A DNA stretch of 64,000 nt from Candidatus Poribacteria bacterium (lineage in GTDB: Bacteria; Poribacteria; WGA-4E; JAJDTR01). The notes below the pieces were generated by a model. The model searched no databases. It worked only from the letters and a program-made list of their open reading frames with translations, and was not told the origin of the DNA. Within the stretch, counting starts at the first letter, position 1, and each line of letters begins with the position of its first letter. The stretch spans positions 840,913 to 904,912 of the forward strand of contig CBDBEE010000002.1 of the NCBI GenBank assembly GCA_965204085.1. Direction: 5' to 3'. Positions 41,370-52,018 of the stretch are shown here, piece by piece. A program made the translations under genes and the position numbers.

Positions 41370-42335
41370 GTGCTAATCGGGATAACCATGGGAGACGCCT
41401 GCGGACTGGGCCCCGAACTCCTCTTGAGGTCGGTTGTAAGTAAAGGGTTGACCCAGCCATTCGTCCTGTTCGGCGATATGGAGGTGTTGGAATTTGCCCG
41501 GGACATACTTAATCTTAATCTCGATTTTCATCCGATTACATCCGTCGATGAAGTCAAACCGGAACGAGTGAATGTCTTCGACTGCCGACAACTTGGACGA
41601 ACGGATATCACAATAGGCAAAGTCTCGGCGAAAGCCGGCCGCGCCGCCGTCAACTACGTTCAGGTCGCCGCCGAACACGCCCTAAAGAATAAAATTGACG
41701 CCATTGTCACGCTGCCAATCAACAAGGCTGCCTGCCGTCTTACATTTCCGAATTTTCAAGGTCACACGGAGTTCATCGCCGACATGTGCGGCGTCGCCGA
41801 TTACGTTCTAAGCCTGGTCGCGCCCAAATTGATTGTCACCCACGTATCGACCCACGTTTCATTGAAGGACGCCGCAAACCTCGTGAAACGTGAGCATGTG
41901 CTTTCCGTGATTAAAATGACACACGAATCTGCCGGAAAGCTATTTCCCCGCGCTAAGATTGCCGTCGCCGGACTTAATCCCCATGCGGGGGAGGACGGCG
42001 CTTTTGGCAACGAGGAGATTGACGAGATTGTTCCCGCTATCCAAGAAGCACAGCGCCAAGGCATTGATGCCCACGGTCCCATTTCGCCAGACACACTCTT
42101 CATGAAAGCCCTGGCGGGCGATTACGACGCCGTGGTGTGCATGTACCACGACCAAGGTCACATCCCAATGAAACTGCACGGCTTCCACAACACGGTGAAC
42201 GTGACGCTTGGGTTGCCGATAATCAGGACATCCGTCGATCACGGCACCGGGTTTGACATTGCCTATAAAGGAATCGCCTCCACGCAGAATTTTCTATGCG
42301 CATTTAACCTAGCCACCAAATTAGTAGCGGGATAA
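41370..42335 (+). CDS. PdxA-family 4-hydroxythreonine-4-phosphate dehydrogenase
   Basis: ITMGDACGLGPE N-terminus, GLNPHAGEDG motif and HGTGFDIA motif. Confidence 0.85.
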   Translation: MLIGITMGDACGLGPELLLRSVVSKGLTQPFVLFGDMEVLEFARDILNLNLDFHPITSVDEVKPERVNVFDCRQLGRTDITIGKVSAKAGRAAVNYVQVAAEHALKNKIDAIVTLPINKAACRLTFPNFQGHTEFIADMCGVADYVLSLVAPKLIVTHVSTHVSLKDAANLVKREHVLSVIKMTHESAGKLFPRAKIAVAGLNPHAGEDGAFGNEEIDEIVPAIQEAQRQGIDAHGPISPDTLFMKALAGDYDAVVCMYHDQGHIPMKLHGFHNTVNVTLGLPIIRTSVDHGTGFDIAYKGIASTQNFLCAFNLATKLVAG

Positions 42336-42410
42336 CTTCAGTAGGGTGGGCACTGCCCGCCATTTCTTGTGGAATGTAATTAACTAACGCGAGTTGCTAC
42401 CTATAACAAA

Positions 42411-42505
42411 GAAACCGAGTTTTTGGTTCGCGTGCGCTAAATCATAGGTAAATTTGGCTGATTTCCGTAAATTTTGAGTTTCCACGTTGGAAAAAACTCG
42501 GTTTC
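42411..42505. repeat. long hairpin with conserved arms gaaaccgagttttt / aaaaactcggtttc and a variable loop of about 65 nt, copy 1
   Basis: Inverted repeat seen directly in the sequence. The same arms recur at 45604-45635 and 56638-56731. Confidence 0.6.
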
Positions 42506-42626
42506 TGCGCTTCGTCGGACAAACGTGGCAACTTGGGTTAACTATCATCACATCCCCGACTCGTTTTCTACTGAAATCAAGCAAAAATTCGTTGAATTTC
42601 ATCACACGGCTACGGAGGAATCTACC

Positions 42627-45587
42627 TTGACAACAGAAATCGTATGCACCACCATATTCATGGCGACATTTCTCGCTACCAACAACATAACCTGGAGCGA
42701 GGATAAGGAGATTGTCGGTGAACGCCCCTACGAAATGGAATGGGCAAACCGCACCGAAGACACCTACCCACCTCTAATTGATTTTGAAGACTTGGCAGGA
42801 TGGCGCGTTGAGACCTCTAATGCGACCGCAACTTTCCAACGCTCGCGAGAACAGCAACTCTGGGGGAAATACGTTGCCAAACTCACCTACCGCGCGACGG
42901 AAGCCAATCCCGAAATCCGCATCAGTCCTCCAGCCCCCATACCGATTCAAAACGGCTTTGAGGTGGTCTCCTGCTGGATCTTCGGCAAAGAACGCCATCG
43001 CCCGAAGATTTCCGCGCTGTTCAAAACTTCCGATGGACGCGAGATGCTGTTTTCCATGCGCGCGGATTGGGATAACTGGGGATGGTTTCAATCTTACTAC
43101 CGATTGTCTCCCGATCAAATTGATCTCGTCGCGGACGGTTCCACTTTCACCGGGTTCATCATTCGTGATTCCAACGAACCGGAAGATCGCCTGATCTGCT
43201 TTGACAATCTAGCCGTCTTCACTGAAGACTTCAAACCGCTGTATTTCAAGCCGCGTCCTCGACGCGGCATCCCGATGTTCCCCGGACAAGGAACGGGGAC
43301 GAACACCGGTCCCGGCAAACTCCCGTTTCCAACGCGGAAGGAAACCATTTTGCCCGACAACCTGACAGACGAATTCACGACACACATACAAGCCGAGGGC
43401 GGTGGTTTTACCTTTCGCTATGAGGGCGTGGACGGCACTCTGATTTACCGGCTTGAGCCTCGTACCGGCACGTTGAGTGACATCAGCGCCGAGTGGGTGG
43501 GGCTAGGCGGTCCGATTCAGCCGTGCGTCGGCGGTGGCGTGTATCTGGCGACCAAGGCGGATTCCCCCTCTCCACCTGAGTCCACCGAGCATTTAGGCAC
43601 GGACCTCCAAGATGAGAAGGTCGTCTCGCGATGGCGGCTAAAGGCTAAAGGAGTGACGCAGGACGTAATTTATGTATATCGACTCTGGAACAAATCGCTT
43701 GCAATTGACACGCTTGCCCCCGGTGGGGACGTTGCCGAAGTAAGATACGGAAAGGCTGTCGGCGTGGAGAATCCGCGCCTGGTCGACAATCCGTTTTACA
43801 CCTACAACGGCTACATTCCCGACGGACGTCCGGCGGTTGTCGTCGCCGGTTCGCAAGACGCGCCGCTGTTCCTGACCGGAAACACCGACTGGTACCTATC
43901 CAATGCCTCAATGCTGCTGCCCTCGCCTTCCCTGACGCCCGATGGAGTTGTCTACAACACCGGCACGCGGTATATTCCCAAAACCAACGGCGCGCGGGTT
44001 GATTGTTACGAGCGATTTTTCATCACCGTTTCCCCGCGTTACGAGGAGATGTTGCCCACTATTCCGAATCCAAAGTCCCCGTGGCTGAGTCATGTGGGCA
44101 CCCGGCTCTGGAAAGCGCATCAGTCCGAAAATCCGCGAGCAGACGGGATACGCTTTTTCAGAAAACTGCACCGGTACGGGATAACCGAAATGACAATCAC
44201 CGACCATGAAGGCGGATGGCGCGACGGAGGTGAAAGTTTTACGTTTCGAACCCGCGGCGCACCTGAAAAGGGGGGCGACGAAGGATGGGCGGAATATTCC
44301 CGCGTTCTACGGGACGACATCGGTTACATTTACGGTCCTTACACGCAGTTCCTTGATATCGCAGCCGTCAATGAATACTGGGACACCGACATCATCACGC
44401 GAACCCCCGACAATCGGATGCACGGGGGCTGGCGCCGTTGTTACCGAGCCAAGCCCGCCCGATCCCCGGAATATTGCGAGTTGCTGTCGCCAATCATCAA
44501 AGAAAATTTCGGATTCAACGCGAGCTACCTAGACGTGCATACACTCCACACCCTGGATTTTGTAGATTACGACTACCGTGTGCCCGGCGCCGCGACCTTT
44601 GCTGCAACCTTCTACGCCTACGGAGAAACCATGCTGATTCAAAAGCAAATATACAACGGACCGGTATTCTCGGAGGGTGGTCACCAATTCATCTTTAGCG
44701 GCCTGATTGATGGGAACTACGCTCAGGACCGTGCGGGCAAAGTGAAGTTGGCTTGGGGACCGTGGTTGGTGGATTTTGAACTTCGGAAAACTCACGATTT
44801 GTGTGCCAATATCGCAATGGGAGAGTACGGCATGTTCTACCGGGGAGAGGAGCCGGAACCAAGTGGTCGCTCGGGTGAAGATCCGCGTAGTGACCGGCAC
44901 ATTGCCGCGACCATCGCGTTCGGTCACGTCGGCATCCTCCAATACGAAGACCCGCTTCCGCGCATGATGCGAATCTACTACATGCTACAGCAATTGCAGA
45001 GCCGCTATGCGATGTCTAGCGTGGCGGAAATACGGTATGCGGACGCGGACGGAAATCTCTTGGATACCACTGCCGCCGTGGCATCCGGCGCCTACAAACG
45101 CTCACAGATCGTGACCCGTTACCGGAGCGGGTGCATCACCGTGGTAAACGGCAATGCAAATGACGAATACATGGCGGTAAACGCCTACGGAAGGCGCGTA
45201 ACACTGCCTCCGAACGGTTATGCTGGCTGGACCGAAGATGGAGCGATTGAGATTTTTAGCGGCGAGATTCACGGTCACCGCGCTGATTACGCAGTGACAC
45301 CCGAATATATCTTCATTGATGGGCGTAGTAAATCAACGCGATTCCCCAAAGCGGAAGGAAATGGAGTAGGAATCTGCCGCATTCGTCCGGATTGGAAATA
45401 CGAGGTAATTCTGTTTGACGGCTCCGATTGCGGTTTCGCGATCGAAGCAAATCAAGCCGTGGCGCTAGACGAAGAAAGAAATGAGATTGGAACGACAACA
45501 CTGCGCGAGTCTGACCGTTTCATCTACGTAGAGCAAGTGCCGGGCGCCTTCAGCTACTTGCTCAGCACCGACAACTCCTCAAAATAA
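42627..45587 (+). CDS. large hypothetical protein of unknown function (about 986 aa)
   Basis: A long ORF with no recognisable motif. The likely TTG start at 42627 is preceded by GGAGG, since the annotated upstream portion overlaps the hairpin element. The N-terminus is hydrophobic. Confidence 0.5.
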   Translation: MTTEIVCTTIFMATFLATNNITWSEDKEIVGERPYEMEWANRTEDTYPPLIDFEDLAGWRVETSNATATFQRSREQQLWGKYVAKLTYRATEANPEIRISPPAPIPIQNGFEVVSCWIFGKERHRPKISALFKTSDGREMLFSMRADWDNWGWFQSYYRLSPDQIDLVADGSTFTGFIIRDSNEPEDRLICFDNLAVFTEDFKPLYFKPRPRRGIPMFPGQGTGTNTGPGKLPFPTRKETILPDNLTDEFTTHIQAEGGGFTFRYEGVDGTLIYRLEPRTGTLSDISAEWVGLGGPIQPCVGGGVYLATKADSPSPPESTEHLGTDLQDEKVVSRWRLKAKGVTQDVIYVYRLWNKSLAIDTLAPGGDVAEVRYGKAVGVENPRLVDNPFYTYNGYIPDGRPAVVVAGSQDAPLFLTGNTDWYLSNASMLLPSPSLTPDGVVYNTGTRYIPKTNGARVDCYERFFITVSPRYEEMLPTIPNPKSPWLSHVGTRLWKAHQSENPRADGIRFFRKLHRYGITEMTITDHEGGWRDGGESFTFRTRGAPEKGGDEGWAEYSRVLRDDIGYIYGPYTQFLDIAAVNEYWDTDIITRTPDNRMHGGWRRCYRAKPARSPEYCELLSPIIKENFGFNASYLDVHTLHTLDFVDYDYRVPGAATFAATFYAYGETMLIQKQIYNGPVFSEGGHQFIFSGLIDGNYAQDRAGKVKLAWGPWLVDFELRKTHDLCANIAMGEYGMFYRGEEPEPSGRSGEDPRSDRHIAATIAFGHVGILQYEDPLPRMMRIYYMLQQLQSRYAMSSVAEIRYADADGNLLDTTAAVASGAYKRSQIVTRYRSGCITVVNGNANDEYMAVNAYGRRVTLPPNGYAGWTEDGAIEIFSGEIHGHRADYAVTPEYIFIDGRSKSTRFPKAEGNGVGICRIRPDWKYEVILFDGSDCGFAIEANQAVALDEERNEIGTTTLRESDRFIYVEQVPGAFSYLLSTDNSSK

Positions 45588-45603
45588 CCTAAGAATCACT
45601 GTA

Positions 45604-45635
45604 GAAACCGAGTTTTTCCCCCAAAACTCGGTTTC
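45604..45635. terminator. hairpin gaaaccgagtttt-loop-aaaactcggtttc immediately after the stop of the large unknown ORF
   Basis: 13-bp stem with a 7-nt loop. It is a short-loop member of the same inverted-repeat family. Confidence 0.5.
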
Positions 45636-45871
45636 TTGAAATATCCCCACTAACTTATTTTACCATTTCTATAAAATGGAAGTGCATTGATTACGTGGAT
45701 TAAGTAAAGAAACTTGCTTGGAACTGAACAACAAGCCTCGTCTCTGCGCGAAGTCCGCGGGGCAAGGGGATCTCTATCGCATTCGCTATTCGCTCATTTG
45801 ATTCCCGCCTACGGAAAAAGTGGACGATACCATTCAGACATCATATGCACTATTATTCAAGCGAAATGGTA

Positions 45872-46333
45872 TTACCTGTACTCACCACCGTAAAATATCA
45901 ACGGCTCTCCATCGCGTACCTCTCCGGCGACCGGCTCGCCAACGAACATGTCGTGATCGCCGCCGGAAAGAATTTCAACCAGTTTGCAATCCACAAAAGC
46001 AATCGCATCAACCAAAATGGGGGCGCCGGTTTCTGCCGCGGTTATCGATAATCCGGAAAAATCTTTTGGGCCTGAGATAGCGAATCGACGCGAAATCTCT
46101 TCCTGGTCTGCGCGCAACATATTCAGAGCAAAGCACTTGCCTTGAATCAGGCACTCGTGCATGGAGTTCTTCTTGTCAACGGAGACAACAACAAGAGGCG
46201 GCTCGAGCGAAAGAGACATCACGGCGTTCGCCGTCATACCCAAAACTCCTTCGTCAAACCGCGTCGTCAGCAATGTGACGCCAGTTGCAAAACGACCCAT
46301 GACCTGCCGTTGCAGCATTGAATCAATCGCCAT
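45872..46333 (-). CDS. flavin reductase-like (FMN-binding split-barrel) protein
   Basis: GMTANAVMSLSLEPPLVVVSV pattern typical of Flavin_Reduct domains. Confidence 0.8.
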   Translation of the reverse strand: MAIDSMLQRQVMGRFATGVTLLTTRFDEGVLGMTANAVMSLSLEPPLVVVSVDKKNSMHECLIQGKCFALNMLRADQEEISRRFAISGPKDFSGLSITAAETGAPILVDAIAFVDCKLVEILSGGDHDMFVGEPVAGEVRDGEPLIFYGGEYR

Positions 46334-46932
46334 AATTAGTCTCCTAACTCACGCGTTTCAACCGAGGCGATCTCCCAAAACCGGCTAGCAATTTCCCATG
46401 AATTTCCCAAGCGGCGCGATGCATGCCCATGCACACATCAGAGGCAATTGCTTTGTTTTAGAGAAGTGTTGCATCCAATTCCATAACAGTATATCATATT
46501 ATCTCAAATTGATCGAGAACTTCATTTGCGAGCGAAAGTTCAGATTGTCCCAGTCCTGTAGGGTGCGCGCCGCGCACCAGCCTCTTTTGTACAATACACG
46601 CACTGTACGACCCACACGGTACGTAGCCCTGCACGTGGTAATCGACTGGAGAGTAGGTTGGGTTGAGTGGCCAAATACGTATCGCTGCCAAGCACTATGA
46701 AACTCTGTCTTTCAATGGGGCCGACTAAAAACGAAATTGAACGAAACCCAACAACCAATCCAAGCGACGTGTTGATTTGTAAATTCGGTTTCTCTAGTTT
46801 GTAGAGTGTGCACGGCGGTCAAGTGACCGGATAGGATTAACCGAACGGATAGTAAGTGCGATAGAAGATCCTGCGCGACATTAACCCCTAGGAATCCTCT
46901 TCTATTCACGACATAAACTTTCCTTTGACAAA

Positions 46933-48204
46933 ATGACCAAACCCATCTTTGACACCCATCATTCCACGGCTCCGTACCCACGCCGACGATTTCTCGCAAC
47001 CGCGGGAAAAGTTGCCGCGCTCGCTAGCTGCGGAATCTTCGGTACAACGTTAGACACTGTCCTCGGAGAATCGCTCGGTCAAGGTTCTGTCTCCGGCGCC
47101 ATGGCGGATGTTCAAGCGGAGACGTTGCCAAAACCGGATATGATCGTCCACTCCGAAAACCCCTTTAATGCCGAATTTCCACCCCATCTGCTTCACCCTC
47201 CCGTTACCCCTACTTCTCGACATTTCGTGCGCAATAACAGTAGCATACCGGAACGAGCGAAGAGAAAAGACTTACAGGGTTGGAAGTTAACCATTGATGG
47301 CGCAGTTGACAGAAATCTCGAACTTTCGATGGATGATCTGCTCCGTTTCCCGCAGGTCAGCCTGAAGGTCGTGTTGGAATGTGCCGGTAATGGAAGAAGT
47401 CTTTTTGATCCGAAAGTTAGTGGTACGCCGTGGATTCGGGGTGCTGTCGGATGCAGTGAATGGACAGGCGTGCGTTTACGCGACGTTTTGAAACATGCCG
47501 GCTTAAAACCGAATGCCGTTTATCTGGGAAACTACGGAGAAGACGTACCGGTTAATTCGGGCGAGGCTTTTTCGAGGGGCATTCCAATCGAAAAAGCCAT
47601 GGCTGAGCATACACTAATCGCCTTCAAGATGAATGGAGAAGACTTGCCTGCCGCCCACGGTTTTCCTGCAAGGCTGATTGTTCCCGGTTGGATCGGCAGC
47701 TCAATGCAGAAATGGCTCAATCGGATTTGGGTGAGAGATCGAGTTCACGATTCGGAAAAGATGAGTGGGTATTCCTATCGTATACCGTCATATCCTGCGG
47801 TACCGGGAAACAAACCGGCAAATCGGGATATGGAAATCGCTACATCGTGGATTGTGAAGTCGCTTATTACGGCACCCCAATCAGGCGCAGAAGTCAAATC
47901 GGGAGTTCCTGTAACAGTCGGCGGACATGCTTGGGCAGGGGAGAATGAGGTTGCTAAGGTCGAGATCTCCGAGGACTACGGAGTCCGCTGGCAAGAGGCG
48001 CGCTTGACCTCCCCCGTGAATCGTTATGCTTGGTACAATTGGGAAACCGAACTCGCTCTCGGAAACAGGGGATACTATGAAATATGGGCGCGAGCATTTG
48101 ACGATAAAGGGAACGCACAGCCCTTTCGCCAACCATGGAATCCCAAAGGCTACCTCGGAAACGTCATTCACAGAGTGCCGGTCGTAGTCGACTCTCAAGG
48201 TTAG
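46933..48204 (+). CDS. sulfite-oxidase-family molybdopterin oxidoreductase with Tat signal
   Basis: RRRFLATAG twin-arginine signal. Moco-binding and dimerisation-domain similarity. 423 aa. Confidence 0.85.
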   Translation: MTKPIFDTHHSTAPYPRRRFLATAGKVAALASCGIFGTTLDTVLGESLGQGSVSGAMADVQAETLPKPDMIVHSENPFNAEFPPHLLHPPVTPTSRHFVRNNSSIPERAKRKDLQGWKLTIDGAVDRNLELSMDDLLRFPQVSLKVVLECAGNGRSLFDPKVSGTPWIRGAVGCSEWTGVRLRDVLKHAGLKPNAVYLGNYGEDVPVNSGEAFSRGIPIEKAMAEHTLIAFKMNGEDLPAAHGFPARLIVPGWIGSSMQKWLNRIWVRDRVHDSEKMSGYSYRIPSYPAVPGNKPANRDMEIATSWIVKSLITAPQSGAEVKSGVPVTVGGHAWAGENEVAKVEISEDYGVRWQEARLTSPVNRYAWYNWETELALGNRGYYEIWARAFDDKGNAQPFRQPWNPKGYLGNVIHRVPVVVDSQG

Positions 48205-48442
48205 CATATCACCGGGGAGTGCACTGATGAATTAAAGTAGAGTTCCTAGCGGAAGCGATTACGGCACTTGGTTGTGCAACCGTCGGTATTATCTGCAGCG
48301 ATATTCCCGATTGGATTTCAGCGTTTGAAAACTTTTCCTATGATTAGATTGATTGCTTCCCCCTCAATACTGTAGGAGCGATCTCCGAATCGCGACTCCA
48401 GCGCGCAATTTCCAATAAGAAATAAAAAGGAGGAACTACAAA

Positions 48443-50330
48443 TTGCCACAATCACAAGAAACCATTCGTTTGACATTGGCACAGGCGCTCGTCAAATACC
48501 TGCAAGTACAATTCAGTGAACGCGATGGCAATACCCGACGACTGATACCGTCCATGTTCGGCATTTTCGGACACGGCAACGTGGCCGGTCTCGGTCAAGC
48601 GCTGTACGAATATGGTGCAGACCTGCCGTACCGCCAACCGCGAAACGAGCAGTCCATGGTACACACCGCACTCGGCTTTGCAAAGGCTAACCATCGACTC
48701 GCTACACTCGCTTGCACCTCGTCCATCGGCCCAGGCGCGGACGAACATGATTAGCGGAGCAGCCACCGCTGCCACCAACCGACTCCCCGTTCTGCTGTTA
48801 CCGTCCGATTACTACGCCACGCGACATCAGGGCGTCGTGTTGCAACAACTTGAACACCCCGTCTCGGCTGATGTCAGTGTCAACGACTGCTTTCGACCTG
48901 TGAGCCGTTTTTTTGATCGCATTACCCGCCCCGAACAACTCCTGACGGCGCTGCCCGAAGCCATGCGGGTACTGACGGATCCCGCCGACACGGGCCCCGT
49001 TACCCTTTCATTGCCACAGGATGTGCAGGTTCATGCATACGACTATCCGATAGATTTCTTTGAAAAACGCGCATGGCGAGTGGAGCGGAGAATTCCGGAC
49101 CCGCAGCGCATTGCCGATGCTGTGCGATTGTTAAAGGCAGCGGGACGCCCGATGATAATTTCCGGTGGCGGTGTCCACTATTCGGAGGCATGGGAGGCGC
49201 TTCAAGAGTTCTCCTCCATGTTCGGTATCCCTGTCAGCGAAACGTTCGCCGGAAAAGGGTCGATTCGCGAACCATCCCCGTTGCTTCTCGGAGGACAGGG
49301 AGTCAGCGGAACGCCCGCCGCAGCCAAGATCTCTAGTCAATCCGATCTGGTTATCGGCGTCGGTTGTCGCATGATGGATTTCGCGACCGGCTCCCAATCG
49401 GCGTTCAATAACCCGCAGGTGAAATTTGTCAACATCAATATTGGAGGGCACGACGCCTACAAGCAGAGCGGCGTGCCGATCATTGCGGATGCGCGAGAGG
49501 CGCTCGTTGCACTGACGCAAGCCGCTGAAGGCGCGGGGATTCAACCAAATGCGGCGTACACGGGTGAAATCGAACGCTTGAATCGGGAGTGGGCGGAGCA
49601 ACTTGGCGCTGCCGTGTCGGAGGAGGTCCCCGGCGGGGCTATGAGCCAAGGCAAGTTAATCCGAGTGATTAACGAGGAGGCCCAGCCGGGGGACACGATT
49701 GTAGCCGCCGCCGGAACGCCGCCGGGCGATTTGGTGAAGATGTGGGATGCTACGCGAAATCGGAAGTGTCATATTGAATTTGGCTTTTCGTGCATGGGCT
49801 ATGAAATACCTGCGGGACTAGGAGTCCGAATGACACAGGCGGAAGGCGAAGTTTATGTGTTTATCGGTGACGGCACCTATCTGATGAACCCAACAGAACT
49901 GGTAACGGCGATGCAAGAGGGGTTGAAACTCACCGTGATTGTGTCCGAAAATCACGGCTTTCAATCCATCAGTGCCCTGCAAATGCTCCGCGCCGGACGC
50001 CGATTTGGGAATGAGTTCCGAGCGAGAGATAGCGAGGTAAACCGGCTTGAGGGCGAATACATGAAGATAGACTTCGCGCAGAACGCAGCCAGTTTTGGCG
50101 CGCGCTCATGGCATGAAACAACACCGGATGGCGTGCGCAATGCCTTGCGGGACGCCCGCGCCGAGAGTGGAACCTGCGTGATTGTCGCCGATGTCGAACC
50201 GCATCACTACCTGCCGGATTCCGGTGTCTGGTGGGACATCGCGGCCGCGGAGGTGAGCGACGATCCGGAGACGCAAGGTCGACGGCGTGAGTATGAAGAG
50301 GGATTGCGTACGCAGCGCTTCCATTATTAG
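48443..50330 (+). CDS. ThDP-dependent enzyme, IolD/acetolactate-synthase-like, interrupted by a frameshift near 48739
   Basis: The N-terminus (FGIFGHGNVAGLGQAL...CTSSIGPGA) is in frame 2, ORF 48443-48754. The continuation (TNMISGAATAATNRLPVLLLPSD...) is in frame 3, ORF 48612-50330. An extra g in ggcgcGGacg accounts for the shift. Confidence 0.75.
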
Positions 50331-50490
50331 GGTGTATTCACATTTACCGGGAAATCCACCTATACGTACACCACACCCGACAGATTGGGAACCCAACCCC
50401 TACGATTTGTAATTCGTCCCTAGTCATAGGAGTGTATTTCCGTAGGGGCGGGGTTGCCCCACCCGCAATTTCGACTTAAAGGAGAATATA

Positions 50491-51357
50491 ATGACACCTG
50501 AACAACGCTACGTGTTCGATGCGACAGGTTACCTCCATCTAAGAAATGTATTATCCGGTGACGAATTGCAAGCAGCGCAGGACGCTGCCGACCGCTATAT
50601 TAACACCCCGCACGACGAATTTCCGGATGGATTCCGCTACATGCACACGCCCGTCTTCCACCATCATAGCCGTGGGTTTGCATACGACAAGGCGTTAGAA
50701 CGACTGCTGACCCATGACACCACCTGGCCAATAATTAAGGAGTTGACGGCGGATAAACCGGGGCTTCTCAGGGGGAGCCTGATGCTTGATACGCACGACT
50801 GTGAGTACCTATACCTTCACTCCATCCGGGAACAAGATCGAGACGGTGTCGGCTTCTCGCGAGACATCCATTGGACCCACCCTTACAGCGATGTGGTGTA
50901 TTGCGACTTCTTCAACATCTTTTGGTATTTTGATGATGTCTACCCAGGAGATGGTGGTCTGCTCCTAATCCCAGGCTCCCACAAGAGCAAATTGAAATGG
51001 CCCGACACCATCACCGAAACTATGGAAAAAAATGGTTATGAATATGAAAAATGTTGCATTGATGGTAGTTTCCCATATGGGATTATCAACATTACACCGC
51101 GAGCGGGAGATGTCGTAATCGCTTCCGACCAAGTCGTTCACGGCGCGTTGAAGTGGAAGCCAAAGGACCGAGGACGTCGCTTCTTGGTATTTCGATATGC
51201 CCCGCAGTACATGTTGGCGTGGATGAACTCGCAGGACATCGACCTCCCACAGGAGATTTTGGATCGGTTATCACCGGAAACAAAAGAACTGCTATCGAAG
51301 GAATATGTCACTCACACCAAAGAAATCGTCGACCGCCCCTCCGTTTCTATAAGTTAG
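50491..51357 (+). CDS. phytanoyl-CoA dioxygenase (PhyH)-like protein
   Basis: PhyH-like N-terminus (RYVFDATGYLHLRNVL), 288 aa, and a strong AAAGGAG ribosome-binding site. Confidence 0.7.
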   Translation: MTPEQRYVFDATGYLHLRNVLSGDELQAAQDAADRYINTPHDEFPDGFRYMHTPVFHHHSRGFAYDKALERLLTHDTTWPIIKELTADKPGLLRGSLMLDTHDCEYLYLHSIREQDRDGVGFSRDIHWTHPYSDVVYCDFFNIFWYFDDVYPGDGGLLLIPGSHKSKLKWPDTITETMEKNGYEYEKCCIDGSFPYGIINITPRAGDVVIASDQVVHGALKWKPKDRGRRFLVFRYAPQYMLAWMNSQDIDLPQEILDRLSPETKELLSKEYVTHTKEIVDRPSVSIS

Positions 51358-51497
51358 CGTCACTAGGAACTTTCAAGCGCCAGTAAGTCTCTAGTTTGTA
51401 GGGTGCGCACTGCGCACCAGTCTCTAAAGGCCCTAGATGGACGGAAGGTTTTTAAAAACGGCAAAATCTTGCCTACTCGAGCCCCATGAATCACAGT

Positions 51498-52012
51498 TCA
51501 GAAAATGTCAGCCAGCGACACGCAACACTTTACTTCATATGCTAACAATTGAATTCTGCGCGGCGTATAATCCTGATTTTCAACGCTAACGCCCATCCAC
51601 ACATTGTCTGGCCAGTCAATTTCAGGACTGAGTTTCTCAAGACGTTCTGCACGTTTGGTCAACACTTGAAAATGGTGCCAGTTGGAACGTTTCATAACAT
51701 CAAAATCTGTCGAATATAGTGAGGAGACACAGCCTCATGGAACAGATCGCTCATGGAATTGACGAAAATCAATTTAGGTTTTTTCCATTTCAACGGCTGT
51801 TCTAACAGGTGTGGCACAGGTCTAATGCGATTTGTCCAACGCGGTCCGGCCTTCGTTTGAATGGCAAGCCCCTCATAAGCTAAACCCTTGCCAGCGAATC
51901 GTTGGGCGATACGTTCCGCGTAGCAGAAACGGCAGCCTTCCGAGACACGAGCACAGCCGCGTACCGGATTCCATGTTGATTCGGTCCACTCTATCTTTGA
52001 TTCCGATGCCAT
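51498..52012 (-). pseudogene. phage Gp37/Gp68-family (DUF5131) gene remnant, frameshifted and C-terminally truncated
   Basis: TEWTESTWNPVRGCARVSEGCRFCYAE is the three-Cys N-terminus of DUF5131. The HHFQVLTKR continuation lies in another frame, in ORF 51498-51695. Confidence 0.6.
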
Positions 52013-52018
52013 TTTCTA

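Noticed and set aside
42411-42505. Integron attC sites for the conserved-arm, variable-loop hairpins
   Set aside because: No integrase gene is present. There is no GTTRRRY or RYYYAAC core pair, and no extrahelical-base asymmetry is recognisable. A MITE-like or terminator-like element is more parsimonious.
42474-42626. Annotated start of the large unknown ORF at 42474
   Set aside because: The first ~50 codons overlap the hairpin element and lack a ribosome-binding site. A TTG at 42627 preceded by GGAGG is a more plausible start.
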